Virus record (IMG/VR): IMGVR_UViG_3300030104_007656
Coordinates: 1 to 56,714 of that record
Source: a virus
Lineage: Duplodnaviria > Caudoviricetes
DNA length: 56,714 bases
Direction: 5' to 3' (one strand)
The position numbers and the translations under genes are program-made. The notes beneath the pieces were generated by a model. It was not told where the DNA came from. It was given only the letters and a program-made list of their open reading frames with translations, and did no database searches. Shown here piece after piece: positions 46,234-55,761 of this stretch; position 1 is the stretch's first letter; the number at the start of each line of letters is the position of its first letter.

Positions 46234-46599
46234 TTATCCGATTATGTGAGAAAACAAATCTAAATCAACGGGAGGTATCATCAAATATCCAATAACGTTA
46301 TATTCATATTCGTTTGTTAGATAGTACTGATCACTAGATAATTTAGAACTTGTCTTGATCAAAGAACTTGTTTCTGGAAATAATAGTATTGTATAAATTA
46401 TGATTTTCTGATTGTCTTTGTCTAGGTCACCGTAAAATGCGTCTATGGTGACTCCTAGACGATTATGTTTGGTTGCCCTTACTACGGTACCTAAGTCCAT
46501 CGCTTCATCTGGAATTTCCTTACTCCCAGACAAATCATCCGATAATGCATCTTCTAAAACACCTTTTAATTTATTTAGAATATCTTCACTAGTGGACAC
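46234..46599 (-). CDS. Hypothetical protein
   Basis: 121 aa, GTG start with GAGG RBS. Confidence 0.7.
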   Translation of the reverse strand: MSTSEDILNKLKGVLEDALSDDLSGSKEIPDEAMDLGTVVRATKHNRLGVTIDAFYGDLDKDNQKIIIYTILLFPETSSLIKTSSKLSSDQYYLTNEYEYNVIGYLMIPPVDLDLFSHIIG

Positions 46600-46625
46600 A
46601 GGTTATAATACCTCACTACCAATAT

Positions 46626-46653
46626 ATAATATCACAGAGTGAGATAATGTCAA
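46626..46653 (-). promoter_or_regulatory. Sigma70-type promoter
   Basis: TTGACA-N16-TATTAT with an extended TG. Confidence 0.65.
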
Positions 46654-47624
46654 GAAATACGAATAAAATCTATTATTTTTACGTTTCTGGATAAAGATTC
46701 TTCAGAATTAGAACACAGGTCAGTTGAAAGATATTTCTTATTATCGTCACACAGTATAGTGGCAGTCAGATCATCTGGGAACTCCGAAGCCTTCAGAATA
46801 GCTGAAAAAACGTTAGCGCCTGATGATATTCCTACTGAAAGTCCTACTTTATTCAGTTGTCGGGCTATATTAATAGCATCTTTGTCCGACACTCTTATAA
46901 TTGGACTTAGGGCATCTAGATTTAGTATCTCTGGTACAAAACTGTCGCCTATTCCTTCAATTCTATGCCCTTTATCCTTGTTATTGATCGGAAATACCGG
47001 AAAAGCACGAAAATCCTTATTTCTATCGGTAAAATAGTGATGAAAGCCCATTATTGTACCGCCAGTGCCTGCCCCGGCAACAAAAATCTTCAATTTAGGC
47101 AAATTGTTGTCTTCTAGGGCTTGTTTGATTTCCGGTGCAGTAGTATTCATATGTGCAAAGACATTCCATGCATTATTGAACTGTTTTGGTCCAAAATAGC
47201 TCTTTTTCTTGCTTTTTTTAGCTGCAAGCTCAATACAATGCATAAATCCACCGTCTTTTTCACTTATTTCTATTAATTTTGCACCATAGAACCTTAAAAG
47301 AGACTTTCTCTCTTCAGAAAGCCAGTCTGGCATGTATATTTCAACTTTGCTACCCAAATAAGCGCCCATTGCAGCAAAGGCAATGCCTGTATTACCGCTG
47401 GTAGCCTCTACGATGGTATCACCTTCATCAAATTGAGATAAATTCTCTGCGCTCTCTAGGATTTGCAAAGCCATTCGGTCTTTTATACTACCAGAAAAGT
47501 TCCATGCTTCGTATTTTGCATAAACTACGACTTTTTTGCCATCTAATTCGGCAATTATCTTAATGAGTGGAGTGTTACCAACGAAATTTCTTAATTTCCG
47601 TATCTTCTGTGCAAATTCAGACAT
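46650..47624 (-). CDS. cysK: Cysteine synthase (PLP-dependent O-acetylserine sulfhydrylase family)
   Basis: GNTPL, KYEAWNFSGSIKDR (PLP Lys), EATSGNTG, GAGTGGT, HRIEGIG, GISSGAN, KYLST. Confidence 0.92.
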   Translation of the reverse strand: MSEFAQKIRKLRNFVGNTPLIKIIAELDGKKVVVYAKYEAWNFSGSIKDRMALQILESAENLSQFDEGDTIVEATSGNTGIAFAAMGAYLGSKVEIYMPDWLSEERKSLLRFYGAKLIEISEKDGGFMHCIELAAKKSKKKSYFGPKQFNNAWNVFAHMNTTAPEIKQALEDNNLPKLKIFVAGAGTGGTIMGFHHYFTDRNKDFRAFPVFPINNKDKGHRIEGIGDSFVPEILNLDALSPIIRVSDKDAINIARQLNKVGLSVGISSGANVFSAILKASEFPDDLTATILCDDNKKYLSTDLCSNSEESLSRNVKIIDFIRIS

Positions 47625-47634
47625 GCTCTATGCC

Positions 47635-49587
47635 TTAGCTATCTCTCCACAGATTATTAGCAGCAAACTTGATGACTTCTTCCGCTGAATCTTCATTATA
47701 TCCATACTCTTCAATCAAAGTTGCTACCATTTCGTTGTATTTTCCTTGTTGCTTCTTGTCGCGACTCTTAGATTTAGTCACAATTCGTGAGATTTCCTTG
47801 ACAGAAGAGGTTAGCTTGCTTTCAATCGCTTCACGAAGCGGAGCATAACTCCTCCAGTCAACTTTCTCACCACGACGGAGCTTAGAAAACATATAGGCTG
47901 TAATGTCAACACGGAAATTTTCTTTAGCAGTACCAATAATAGCAATTTGCTCCTCAATTGATGCCATAAACGTCTCATCTGGTGAGATTTCTTCGTTTGT
48001 TACATTATCTTTCACGGTTGACATGTTGACATATGCTTCTGCATGGTCCAAGTAGTTGTTGAAAAGTGCTTCTGCCTGCTCATCATAGGCAGAAACAAAA
48101 GCCTTGGTGATTTCCTTCTCTAGAATGCTCAAGTACTCGTCATGAAGCGTCTTACCTAAGAAGTCTAAGTAGCGATTGCGGTCATCTTCAACTACAATCT
48201 GGTCCTTGACCTGTTTGATAAGCGCATCACGGATGGAAATTGGAGTTACCATGTTCTTATCACTGTCAGATAATGAGGAATCAATAGCCTTCATAATGAA
48301 TCGCGTAGAGATTCCGGTCATACCTTCGTCTCTAGCTTCATCTCTGAGGTCATTAATATCTATTTTCTTGACATGTCCCTTTTCAATGACTTCTTCACCA
48401 TCATAAAGTTTCATCTTGGTTAGTGGATCAACTTTATTTGACAAGTGAAGACGACTCAAAACAGCAAACATAGCAGCAATTTCAAGAGTATGCGGCGCAA
48501 TGTGACCATCAAAGTCAGATAAACCTAGCATTTTTTCATAAATCTTTTGTTCCTCGGAAACTTCCAAGCAGTAAGGAACATTCACACGAACAATACGATC
48601 AAGAATTGCTTCATTTGTATTTTCAGATTTGAATTTATTCCATTCAGCCTCATTACAGTGAGCTAAGATTACACCATCAAAGTAAATCATTGGACCTTTG
48701 CCTGGTGATGGTACTGCTTTTTCCTGAGTTGCTGTAATCATTGTATGTAAGAATTCAATTTCGTTCTTGAAAACCTCAACAAACTCAACGATACCACGGT
48801 TGCCAACATTAAAGGCACCATTCAAAGACAAAACACGAGGATCATCCTCAGAGTATAAATCTAATTTAGAAATATCTTCACTACCAACCAAAATTGTGAC
48901 ATCTTGACTATTGGCATCCATTGGAGGGACAACACCGACACCCCGACGACCACGTACTGAGAAAGATGACTGAGCTACAGGCATGGCTGTATAATCATTA
49001 TCAAACTCTTCTTTTAGTCTGTGCCGACAAACAGGGCATAAATCACCTTCTATTTTGATTCCATAAATCTTTTCAAACTCTGGCCTCAAAGATCTTGGGA
49101 TAAGATGTAGCGGTTCTTCGTGAATTGGGCACCCTTCAATGTGATACATTGGTTCACACTCTTCTAGTGCTGATTTGATATGCTCCATGAGAGCAGACTT
49201 ACCTGCACCAACTGGACCTAGTAATAGCAGCACCTGGCGGCTTTCTTCGCCCTTGAGAGATGCAGAGCGCAAGAATCTCATGATTTTTGCTAGTGATCTT
49301 TCCATTCCAAAGAATTTGCTTTGGAAGTAATCATATGTTCTTACTTCCTCTCCGCCAAACAATTTATTGCAGCGGGTATCTGATTTAGACATTCTTGTAA
49401 TACCTTGACCAGCAAGGACTTCATACAAGCGTCTGTGTGCTAATGAGGTGATAGACGGATCTTTCTCAATCTCTTGGAGATATTCTTGTAAATTACCGCT
49501 AAACTTTTCAACTGTTTTCTTTTCTCTGTGTTTTTCAACCAGTTTTAAGAATTTGCTTGATTTATTTTCTTTTGGCATGTGATTCAA
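47635..49587 (-). CDS. prkA: PrkA/YeaG family AAA+ ATPase (annotated serine protein kinase)
   Basis: AHRRLY, FFGME, LLGPVGAGKS (Walker A), CPIHEEPL, GDLCPVC, NRGIVEFVEVFK, NEAILDR, GMTGISTRF. Confidence 0.95.
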   Translation of the reverse strand: MNHMPKENKSSKFLKLVEKHREKKTVEKFSGNLQEYLQEIEKDPSITSLAHRRLYEVLAGQGITRMSKSDTRCNKLFGGEEVRTYDYFQSKFFGMERSLAKIMRFLRSASLKGEESRQVLLLLGPVGAGKSALMEHIKSALEECEPMYHIEGCPIHEEPLHLIPRSLRPEFEKIYGIKIEGDLCPVCRHRLKEEFDNDYTAMPVAQSSFSVRGRRGVGVVPPMDANSQDVTILVGSEDISKLDLYSEDDPRVLSLNGAFNVGNRGIVEFVEVFKNEIEFLHTMITATQEKAVPSPGKGPMIYFDGVILAHCNEAEWNKFKSENTNEAILDRIVRVNVPYCLEVSEEQKIYEKMLGLSDFDGHIAPHTLEIAAMFAVLSRLHLSNKVDPLTKMKLYDGEEVIEKGHVKKIDINDLRDEARDEGMTGISTRFIMKAIDSSLSDSDKNMVTPISIRDALIKQVKDQIVVEDDRNRYLDFLGKTLHDEYLSILEKEITKAFVSAYDEQAEALFNNYLDHAEAYVNMSTVKDNVTNEEISPDETFMASIEEQIAIIGTAKENFRVDITAYMFSKLRRGEKVDWRSYAPLREAIESKLTSSVKEISRIVTKSKSRDKKQQGKYNEMVATLIEEYGYNEDSAEEVIKFAANNLWRDS

Positions 49588-50900
49588 AACTCCCAGGTGT
49601 CTTCTTCAATAACTGTGGTGAACTTAATAGTGCCTGCCCACAGTTCATTGATATAACCAAACACTTTATTCGCTTCTGACAATTCTAGGTCCCTTCCGTC
49701 GTGCTCATGTTCCAATATTAGTGTACCATCTTTTAATAATTCTTTTACAACAATCACGGGCACTGAATTTAGTCCTACATTCTTAATTAGATCGTCACGA
49801 ATAGTTCTCCAACTATCTTCTCCTGATACGTCTCGGATCCTAGTGACTCCTTCGCGATTATCAAAAGAATATGTAAACAAATTCAGATCCTTGCACAACT
49901 CTAGGTCAAAATAAGTTTTTATAAAAGTTTCGTCATTATGTGTTTCTCTGGCACGCAAACATTCTTCAAAACCGTGAACTTCTTCAATGCGTTTGAAGAT
50001 CTTGTACCCAAGGTGATAAGGGTTTACACGACCCAAGTGAGGTCTTATGACTTGGTTATGCAGGCGTATAAAGGCTAGATAATAATCATCTGGGATCCCA
50101 AGTTTTTGAACTATCTTTTCGTGCATCAAAACGGCCCAACCCTCGTTCATGACTTTTGTCAAAGCTTGAGGAACAAAATAGCTAGACTCATCAGCCACAA
50201 TATTAATAAGATCTTTTTCCCAGGGTTCTAGAAAACGATTATGATCAGCTATAAACCTAAGAAGGTTCTGGTCTGGCTCTAGAGGTATTTTATTTATATT
50301 GAAATCTTCCCACTTACCAGTGGTATCATTTAGCATAAGATTTTTATAATATTCTTTTAGCTTTTTATGATCTCGGCGTGCTACGCCTGGTGTTCTTGGT
50401 ACTTGAAATCTTATAGCGTGGCACGCATCAAGTATCCTCTCAACCTTATCTATACCTATACTGGGGTCTTCCATATACTTCTTGACGCGTTTACCCGCAG
50501 CTTTGAAGCGATCAATTGCCGTTTCGGCTCTGGTCTCGGTAAACATACGGTTGTTCTTGAAAAAGTCACTATGACCGACGCAATGTGCCATTGTAAGTAT
50601 GTGGGTAGACATTGGGTTTTCTGTCATAAGATATGCAATACTGGGGTTTGAATTTATAATCATTTCATATGGTAGTCCGGACATGCCGAGATTATACTCT
50701 GTTTGGATACGGTCAAAAGACTTTCCATAAGACCAGTGACGATAATGAGTTGGAAGCCCGGAATAGGCCATGTGTCCAATCATTTCTTTATAATCACATA
50801 TTTCATAAGAAATTGGGTACCAATCCAACGTAAACTCTTCACCAAGTTTGCAGATCTTATCATCCCAATCTTGAAGTTCTTCCATAGACCAATCAGCCAT
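49584..50900 (-). CDS. spoVR: SpoVR/YcgB family protein
   Basis: GLPTHYRHWSYGK, YEMIINSNP.IAYLM, AHCVGHSDFFKNN, TKVMNEGWA, NPYHLG. Confidence 0.95.
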   Translation of the reverse strand: MADWSMEELQDWDDKICKLGEEFTLDWYPISYEICDYKEMIGHMAYSGLPTHYRHWSYGKSFDRIQTEYNLGMSGLPYEMIINSNPSIAYLMTENPMSTHILTMAHCVGHSDFFKNNRMFTETRAETAIDRFKAAGKRVKKYMEDPSIGIDKVERILDACHAIRFQVPRTPGVARRDHKKLKEYYKNLMLNDTTGKWEDFNINKIPLEPDQNLLRFIADHNRFLEPWEKDLINIVADESSYFVPQALTKVMNEGWAVLMHEKIVQKLGIPDDYYLAFIRLHNQVIRPHLGRVNPYHLGYKIFKRIEEVHGFEECLRARETHNDETFIKTYFDLELCKDLNLFTYSFDNREGVTRIRDVSGEDSWRTIRDDLIKNVGLNSVPVIVVKELLKDGTLILEHEHDGRDLELSEANKVFGYINELWAGTIKFTTVIEEDTWEF

Positions 50901-52090
50901 TAGTTCTTTGCTCCAAATAAACGTTTAAAGGATTTCCAGATATCTTTGTGGTTTGCAAGCCTTATTCTTTTTAGAGACTTATCTTCCACCATTGAAACCC
51001 AGTCCCATAACTTCTTCTGAGTCTCTAATCCATAGAACATACCGCCGGCATCATCATATGCCCTGAAGTCTCCAATTTCGGTATAACACATCATCTGGTT
51101 CACTTCTTTTAGTTCTCTGAGAGCCTCAATAGCTTCTTTGTTGTCAATAGCCCAGTTATCGCCATCACCGCAATAAAACGTATAAATATTCCAATTATTC
51201 GGATGGTATCTTTTATTAATGATTTCCTGCACTTTTCTTAGTCCAGTGGATACAAGAGTACCACCAGCAGGCACTTGAGTAAAGAATTGCTCTTCATTTA
51301 CTTCTTTTGCCTCGGCTGTATGGGAAACAAAAACAACATCAACTTCAGAATAACGATGATTCAAAAACTGATACAACAAAAAGAAAAAGCTTCTAGCCAG
51401 GAATTTTTTAGATTTTGTCATAGACCCCGAAACATCCATAACAAAGAATATTACAGCCGTCGTGTTCTCTTTCTGTACTGGTGCGATATGTTTATAACGT
51501 AGATCACTTTCGTGAAAGGTGAATCGCTCACCGCTCTCTGGGTCATAGCTGCCGGACTTGATGGCTGCTTTTTTTCTTCTGATCTTTTGTTTTATTGTTT
51601 CTTTCTTAGATAAGCGAGGGCGAATACCATAAGGTCGCTTTCCTTTACGCTTCATCTTTTCTTCGGTGATGAATTTAAATCTTTTCTTTTCTAGGTCCGG
51701 AAGATTTAGATCAGCAAACAGATACTCTGCCAGTTCTTCTAGAGACATTTCTATTTCGTAAGATTCTTCGCCTGGCTTATTGCCGGCTCTTTCTCCTGGC
51801 TGTTGTCCTCTTTGTTGTTTGCGTCCTATTTGTTGTCCTTCTTTAACATCAACGCCTTCAGCGGAGCCCACACGTTTGTTTTTTTGATTATTTCCGTAAA
51901 CAAAGCGGTGCTCTTTGATCCCCTTCACAGGGATCCTTACTTTCTTTTTACCGCTCTGTCCAATTATACTTTCTTCAGCAACAACATCTCGGATACTATC
52001 CTTGATAGCTCTTTCAATCTTTTTACGGTGACGAGTACGGTCGCCCGCCGCACGATCAGCAATTGTTTTATGTTCTTTGAAAGTACTCAT
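50900..52090 (-). CDS. yhbH: YhbH/YeaH (DUF444, vWA-like) family protein
   Basis: DRTRH..KI, IPVKGIKE.RF.YG, LFADLNLPDL, DLRY, FFVMDVSGSM (MIDAS), GGTLVS, WNIY.F..GDGDN. Confidence 0.93.
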   Translation of the reverse strand: MSTFKEHKTIADRAAGDRTRHRKKIERAIKDSIRDVVAEESIIGQSGKKKVRIPVKGIKEHRFVYGNNQKNKRVGSAEGVDVKEGQQIGRKQQRGQQPGERAGNKPGEESYEIEMSLEELAEYLFADLNLPDLEKKRFKFITEEKMKRKGKRPYGIRPRLSKKETIKQKIRRKKAAIKSGSYDPESGERFTFHESDLRYKHIAPVQKENTTAVIFFVMDVSGSMTKSKKFLARSFFFLLYQFLNHRYSEVDVVFVSHTAEAKEVNEEQFFTQVPAGGTLVSTGLRKVQEIINKRYHPNNWNIYTFYCGDGDNWAIDNKEAIEALRELKEVNQMMCYTEIGDFRAYDDAGGMFYGLETQKKLWDWVSMVEDKSLKRIRLANHKDIWKSFKRLFGAKN

Positions 52091-52108
52091 GTATTATAGA
52101 CCCCGTAG

Positions 52109-52115
52109 TAAATAG
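52109..52115 (-). promoter_or_regulatory. Putative phage late promoter motif (CTATTTA) heading yhbH-spoVR-prkA-cysK
   Basis: About 18 nt upstream of the yhbH ATG. Confidence 0.5.
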
Positions 52116-52150
52116 TTTATTCAGGGACTAAACAAAAAGACTATTATTTA

Positions 52151-52624
52151 TTATTCTTCTTCGGGCGCAGGCTCTTGGCTTAGTTTGTCACGCCATGATC
52201 TCTGATCCTTAAGAACTCTAGCATCATAAGATTCCATAGAGAATATTTTTGGATCCACGGGCTCTGTTGCTGTGGTTTCGCCCGTTTTAGAAGCTTTCTT
52301 ACTTTGAACAGATTTCATAGAAGCCAAGACATCAATCATATTACCGCCTGTTGTATTACGACGGCCCATATCCTCAACCTTTTCAACAATACCAAAATAG
52401 TAATCTCTTGAGTCTGTTCTAAAATTGATAACACTGAATATGACAGCATCCCCTTGTCCCGCCTCACGGCGACCGACTTCTACGCCACCAAACAACTCTA
52501 TGTTGCCCTCAAAACGCTCTCTTTTGTCTCTCTTGGATAATTCTTCAGGTGTTTCATCTCTTTCTAGAAGAGCTTTGACCTCTTGGATAACTAGTTTTCT
52601 GAGTTCTGTCTTTGTAAGTTTCAT
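52151..52624 (-). CDS. Hypothetical protein with MKLTK leader
   Basis: MKLTKTELRKLVIQEVKALLE. Confidence 0.8.
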   Translation of the reverse strand: MKLTKTELRKLVIQEVKALLERDETPEELSKRDKRERFEGNIELFGGVEVGRREAGQGDAVIFSVINFRTDSRDYYFGIVEKVEDMGRRNTTGGNMIDVLASMKSVQSKKASKTGETTATEPVDPKIFSMESYDARVLKDQRSWRDKLSQEPAPEEE

Positions 52625-52671
52625 TTTATCTTAGCCTTGATGTTAAATGTAAATTTGTAAATTTGTGATTT

Positions 52672-53121
52672 TTATTTGTCACCCATGGGTCCAAACCCCA
52701 GGTCTTGGGATTTCACTTCAGGAAGTTTCGTCTCAAATTTAGGTGGCTTGGTTGACCCTGTTTCTTTATCTGCTTTATATGAAACATACCTCTGTAATCT
52801 TCTAGCATTGTGCTTTGCTAGGTTGAGCATCTTTATCTGTTCTTCAATCTTAGTTAGTTGATCAGTAAGTTTTATAAACAAATCACTGGCAGCAAGCCGA
52901 CCTTGTGATAGAACATCAATCCATTCTTGCTGAACTTTTTTGAGTTCAGGGGTATTGCCATTAAATAGGAATTCACCTTCAGCGATATCTTCTCGCACGT
53001 CTTCAAAATAATCTTGGACTTTTCTAAGATATGCAAAAGCAGGGGTTCTCTCCCTTTCTCTTCGTTCGTTGACTATCTCTTCTTTGATGAGTTCCCTAAT
53101 CGTGTTTTTTGTAAGTTTCAT
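52672..53121 (-). CDS. Hypothetical protein with MKLTK leader
   Basis: MKLTKNTIRELIKEEIVNE. Confidence 0.8.
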   Translation of the reverse strand: MKLTKNTIRELIKEEIVNERRERERTPAFAYLRKVQDYFEDVREDIAEGEFLFNGNTPELKKVQQEWIDVLSQGRLAASDLFIKLTDQLTKIEEQIKMLNLAKHNARRLQRYVSYKADKETGSTKPPKFETKLPEVKSQDLGFGPMGDK

Positions 53122-54248
53122 TAGTAATAAGTCTCCCCTTCAGGGTGGTTTTCTTTATAAACCTTCATTAAATAGTCAGCGAAGCTGTAAATATCTTTTT
53201 TGCCAATACTCCTCATCAATGAAGCTAAACTTTCCAAAGCATCTCGGGATGCAGGCTTAGAACTGCTGTTATGTAAAGCATTCTTTATATCTTCTACTGC
53301 GGCTGTGGGTTGTTTCGCAAGTTGATGAAAGAATTGTTTAGCTTTTCTTCTTCTATTTCTTTCGTTTGTGTAACCATCTTCGCTGTCACCAGTGATCAAT
53401 TCCTCTGGCATCTTTTCTTCGCCTTTGAGGATTGCCTCTGCTGCTAGTGTGAACATTCGTAAATCATCCGTACCATAACCGGGACTATCAGTTATTTCTC
53501 TGAAGCTTTCACCCTTTGGTATTTTCTCAAGCTCTGTTTCTGACTCGCTCAGAGCCTGCTCAAATTGTTTCCAACTTGTTAGTGCCTTATCTTGGGAGAC
53601 GCCAAGTGTCATCCAAGTTTTGGGATTGATGTGAATATAAAAAGGTATACCCTTATCTTCTAGCATCTCAGCCACTTTTCTGCCGTAGTGATAATCAGCA
53701 AACCTAAGCTGAGACTTTTTGACAAGTTCAAACTTACCAGTTTTCCAATCTGTAGTACGGGTATCATAAAGTGGTAAAGCGATGTGAACAGCAGTTATAT
53801 ATTTGTCAGCGTCGTCAATAAATGGTTTGTCAGTTATGATGCGATCCTCTGCTTCAAACACATCATCGTCAGTTGGAGAATAGAAAGTCTTTCCCATTTT
53901 AGCTGACTTTTTAGAGGAGCCAAAATCACTTGTAGCGAAATAATCTACTGGTACACCCTTGAAGCGTTGTCCTAGTTTTCTGCCGTCAAGCTGTAGAACA
54001 GCACCATAAGGATGGCGACTACTGAAAGCTCCATAGGAAATAGATGGTGTCCTTGTCGTAGACATATAATACATCTTACCCTTGGTGTGTTCTGATTCGC
54101 TATCAGGCTTGGTAAAAGCTCCGGACGTAAGAAAACGATTATCTTTGAGAGCAGCAGCTAATCTATAAAGTTGAGTATGGTGCCACAAAACATCAGACAA
54201 GCCTTCTTTAATAACGAACTTACGCCATGAATCAAAATGATTTTTCAC
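53121..54248 (-). CDS. Putative ADP-ribosyltransferase-fold protein
   Basis: LWHHT ... YYMSTTR ... EAEDRI resembles the ART H-S-ExE arrangement. Leader FDSWRKFVIKE. Confidence 0.45.
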   Translation of the reverse strand: MKNHFDSWRKFVIKEGLSDVLWHHTQLYRLAAALKDNRFLTSGAFTKPDSESEHTKGKMYYMSTTRTPSISYGAFSSRHPYGAVLQLDGRKLGQRFKGVPVDYFATSDFGSSKKSAKMGKTFYSPTDDDVFEAEDRIITDKPFIDDADKYITAVHIALPLYDTRTTDWKTGKFELVKKSQLRFADYHYGRKVAEMLEDKGIPFYIHINPKTWMTLGVSQDKALTSWKQFEQALSESETELEKIPKGESFREITDSPGYGTDDLRMFTLAAEAILKGEEKMPEELITGDSEDGYTNERNRRRKAKQFFHQLAKQPTAAVEDIKNALHNSSSKPASRDALESLASLMRSIGKKDIYSFADYLMKVYKENHPEGETYY

Positions 54249-54250
54249 AA

Positions 54251-55042
54251 TTAGCCCTCTACAGACATCATTTTATCGTATGAGTTTGTTTTTGTATCAG
54301 ATAAAATGCCAAGGTATCCATTTCTTCTCAACACCTTGAAAGCTAAATTCTCTACGGAATATTCACCTACAGTCTCTAGCCCTGTTTGACGAAATCTTTT
54401 AATTTTTGCCTTTACTTTGTTAGCTTGGTCAATTGCCTCTTGATACTTTTCTTCATTGTAAAGTTCAACAACTTCGTCAATCTGATTTTCAATCGCAGCC
54501 GCTTTAAGCTGAATATCACGATTATCAATCTGTGGATTCTCACGATCAGGTTTTACAATCCACTCATCATCCAAGATAGAATAAAGTCCTGAAGCTACGT
54601 GAGGTTCTCGGGAATCTTGCCCATAGATCTCAACCTCATAGCCAAGCATTGTAATATCGTGAGCATTGTTCCAAACGTTTTTGGCAGCCATAAAATAATC
54701 ACGAACCAAATCTTCATCTTCATTTATTTCGGAAAAATCAAAAAGCACATGAAGATCCACATCTGAAAAGCGTGAGTAATTGTAGTTTGCAAGTGACCCT
54801 GTAAATGTAATATCTTTCAAGGTAGCATCGCCAGTGTTACTGCTCTTGATAAAGTCCAAAGCAATATCTAAAAGCTTTTTCCGAATTTCAGGATCAAGCT
54901 TATCTCCTGGTTGATTCCAAAAGTCTTTGTTTAGTTCTGAATGTGGTTCAAAAGAAAAAGGAATCTTGATCTCAATGTCAAGGTCCTCTGATAAATATTT
55001 TCTCCAATTTCTGGATATTGTGTGCATTGATATATCGGTCAT
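54251..55042 (-). CDS. Pol-beta superfamily nucleotidyltransferase
   Basis: TGSLANYNYSRFSDVDLHV (GS..DxD) and a third acidic residue in YEVEIY. Leader NWRKYLSE. Confidence 0.8.
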   Translation of the reverse strand: MTDISMHTISRNWRKYLSEDLDIEIKIPFSFEPHSELNKDFWNQPGDKLDPEIRKKLLDIALDFIKSSNTGDATLKDITFTGSLANYNYSRFSDVDLHVLFDFSEINEDEDLVRDYFMAAKNVWNNAHDITMLGYEVEIYGQDSREPHVASGLYSILDDEWIVKPDRENPQIDNRDIQLKAAAIENQIDEVVELYNEEKYQEAIDQANKVKAKIKRFRQTGLETVGEYSVENLAFKVLRRNGYLGILSDTKTNSYDKMMSVEG

Positions 55043-55257
55043 GGTGATCCTGCTGGTCCTGATTTTCCTAGTGTTGGTTTTTCTGTATAAGGTTTGGTAT
55101 TTTTTACTGGTCCCATCGCCAACTTCTTGTACATCTTCTTGAATGACTTGAGATATGTGCTTTGTGGTCGCTTCTTAAGATAAGAGTAAGGATCAGATTT
55201 TAATTCGGCTAGAGTTTCTCTGATGACATTTCGTAAGTGTGATTTGGTTACTTTCAT
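55039..55257 (-). CDS. Small basic protein with MKVTK leader
   Basis: MKVTKSHLRNVIRETLAE; ATGA couplings on both sides. Confidence 0.75.
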   Translation of the reverse strand: MKVTKSHLRNVIRETLAELKSDPYSYLKKRPQSTYLKSFKKMYKKLAMGPVKNTKPYTEKPTLGKSGPAGSP

Positions 55258-55616
55258 TGATCTTTTACTTCTTTTTTACATCTTTCATATTTTTTTTCAG
55301 TAGCCTCTGACCACTCACTTCTTTTGGTTGTGCCGGCTTTCTCTCCTACGGATTTTGTACAGATAGCATACTCATTTTTTTCTTCTGTGATGCCTTCTTT
55401 TACCATGCCGAGCGTAGTGCGAAGGTCATTAAGTTCACAAGGGCTCATTTTCATGTGAGCGCCATACGCTTCCAGTGCTGATTCATCTTTCCATGACTCG
55501 GCACCATGGTCCTTGATAGCCCAATGTTTATAATCATAAGCCATGTCGGCACCGTGTAGCTTGATATTTATTGCTTCACGAATTACTGTTTTCAGTTGAG
55601 ACTTCGTTAGTTTCAT
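55254..55616 (-). CDS. Hypothetical protein with MKLTK leader
   Basis: MKLTKSQLKTVIREAI; C-terminal NEYAICTKSVG..KYERCKKEVK. Confidence 0.8.
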   Translation of the reverse strand: MKLTKSQLKTVIREAINIKLHGADMAYDYKHWAIKDHGAESWKDESALEAYGAHMKMSPCELNDLRTTLGMVKEGITEEKNEYAICTKSVGEKAGTTKRSEWSEATEKKYERCKKEVKDQ

Positions 55617-55725
55617 CTTTTAGTTCCCTTATACGCTTCATAACAGCAGCAGTAAGCTTTTCAGATCGCGCATGTTCTTTCAATCCTGAGCGTATTTGTT
55701 TCCAGATTGCGTTTTTAGTGATCAT
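55576..55725 (-). CDS. 49-aa hypothetical protein (not in ORF track)
   Basis: GGGAG RBS, CTAGTTA motif at 55747-55753. MITKNAIWKQIRSGLKEH... Confidence 0.55.
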   Translation of the reverse strand: MITKNAIWKQIRSGLKEHARSEKLTAAVMKRIRELKDETNEVSTENSNS

Positions 55726-55761
55726 TGAGTATGCTCCCGCGTATTATAACTAGTTTTCTTT

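Noticed and set aside
45463-52090. Host chromosomal segment or prophage boundary at the metabolic genes
   Set aside because: Same strand, similar composition and the same phage-type promoter motif as the flanking phage genes. No integrase or att site seen.
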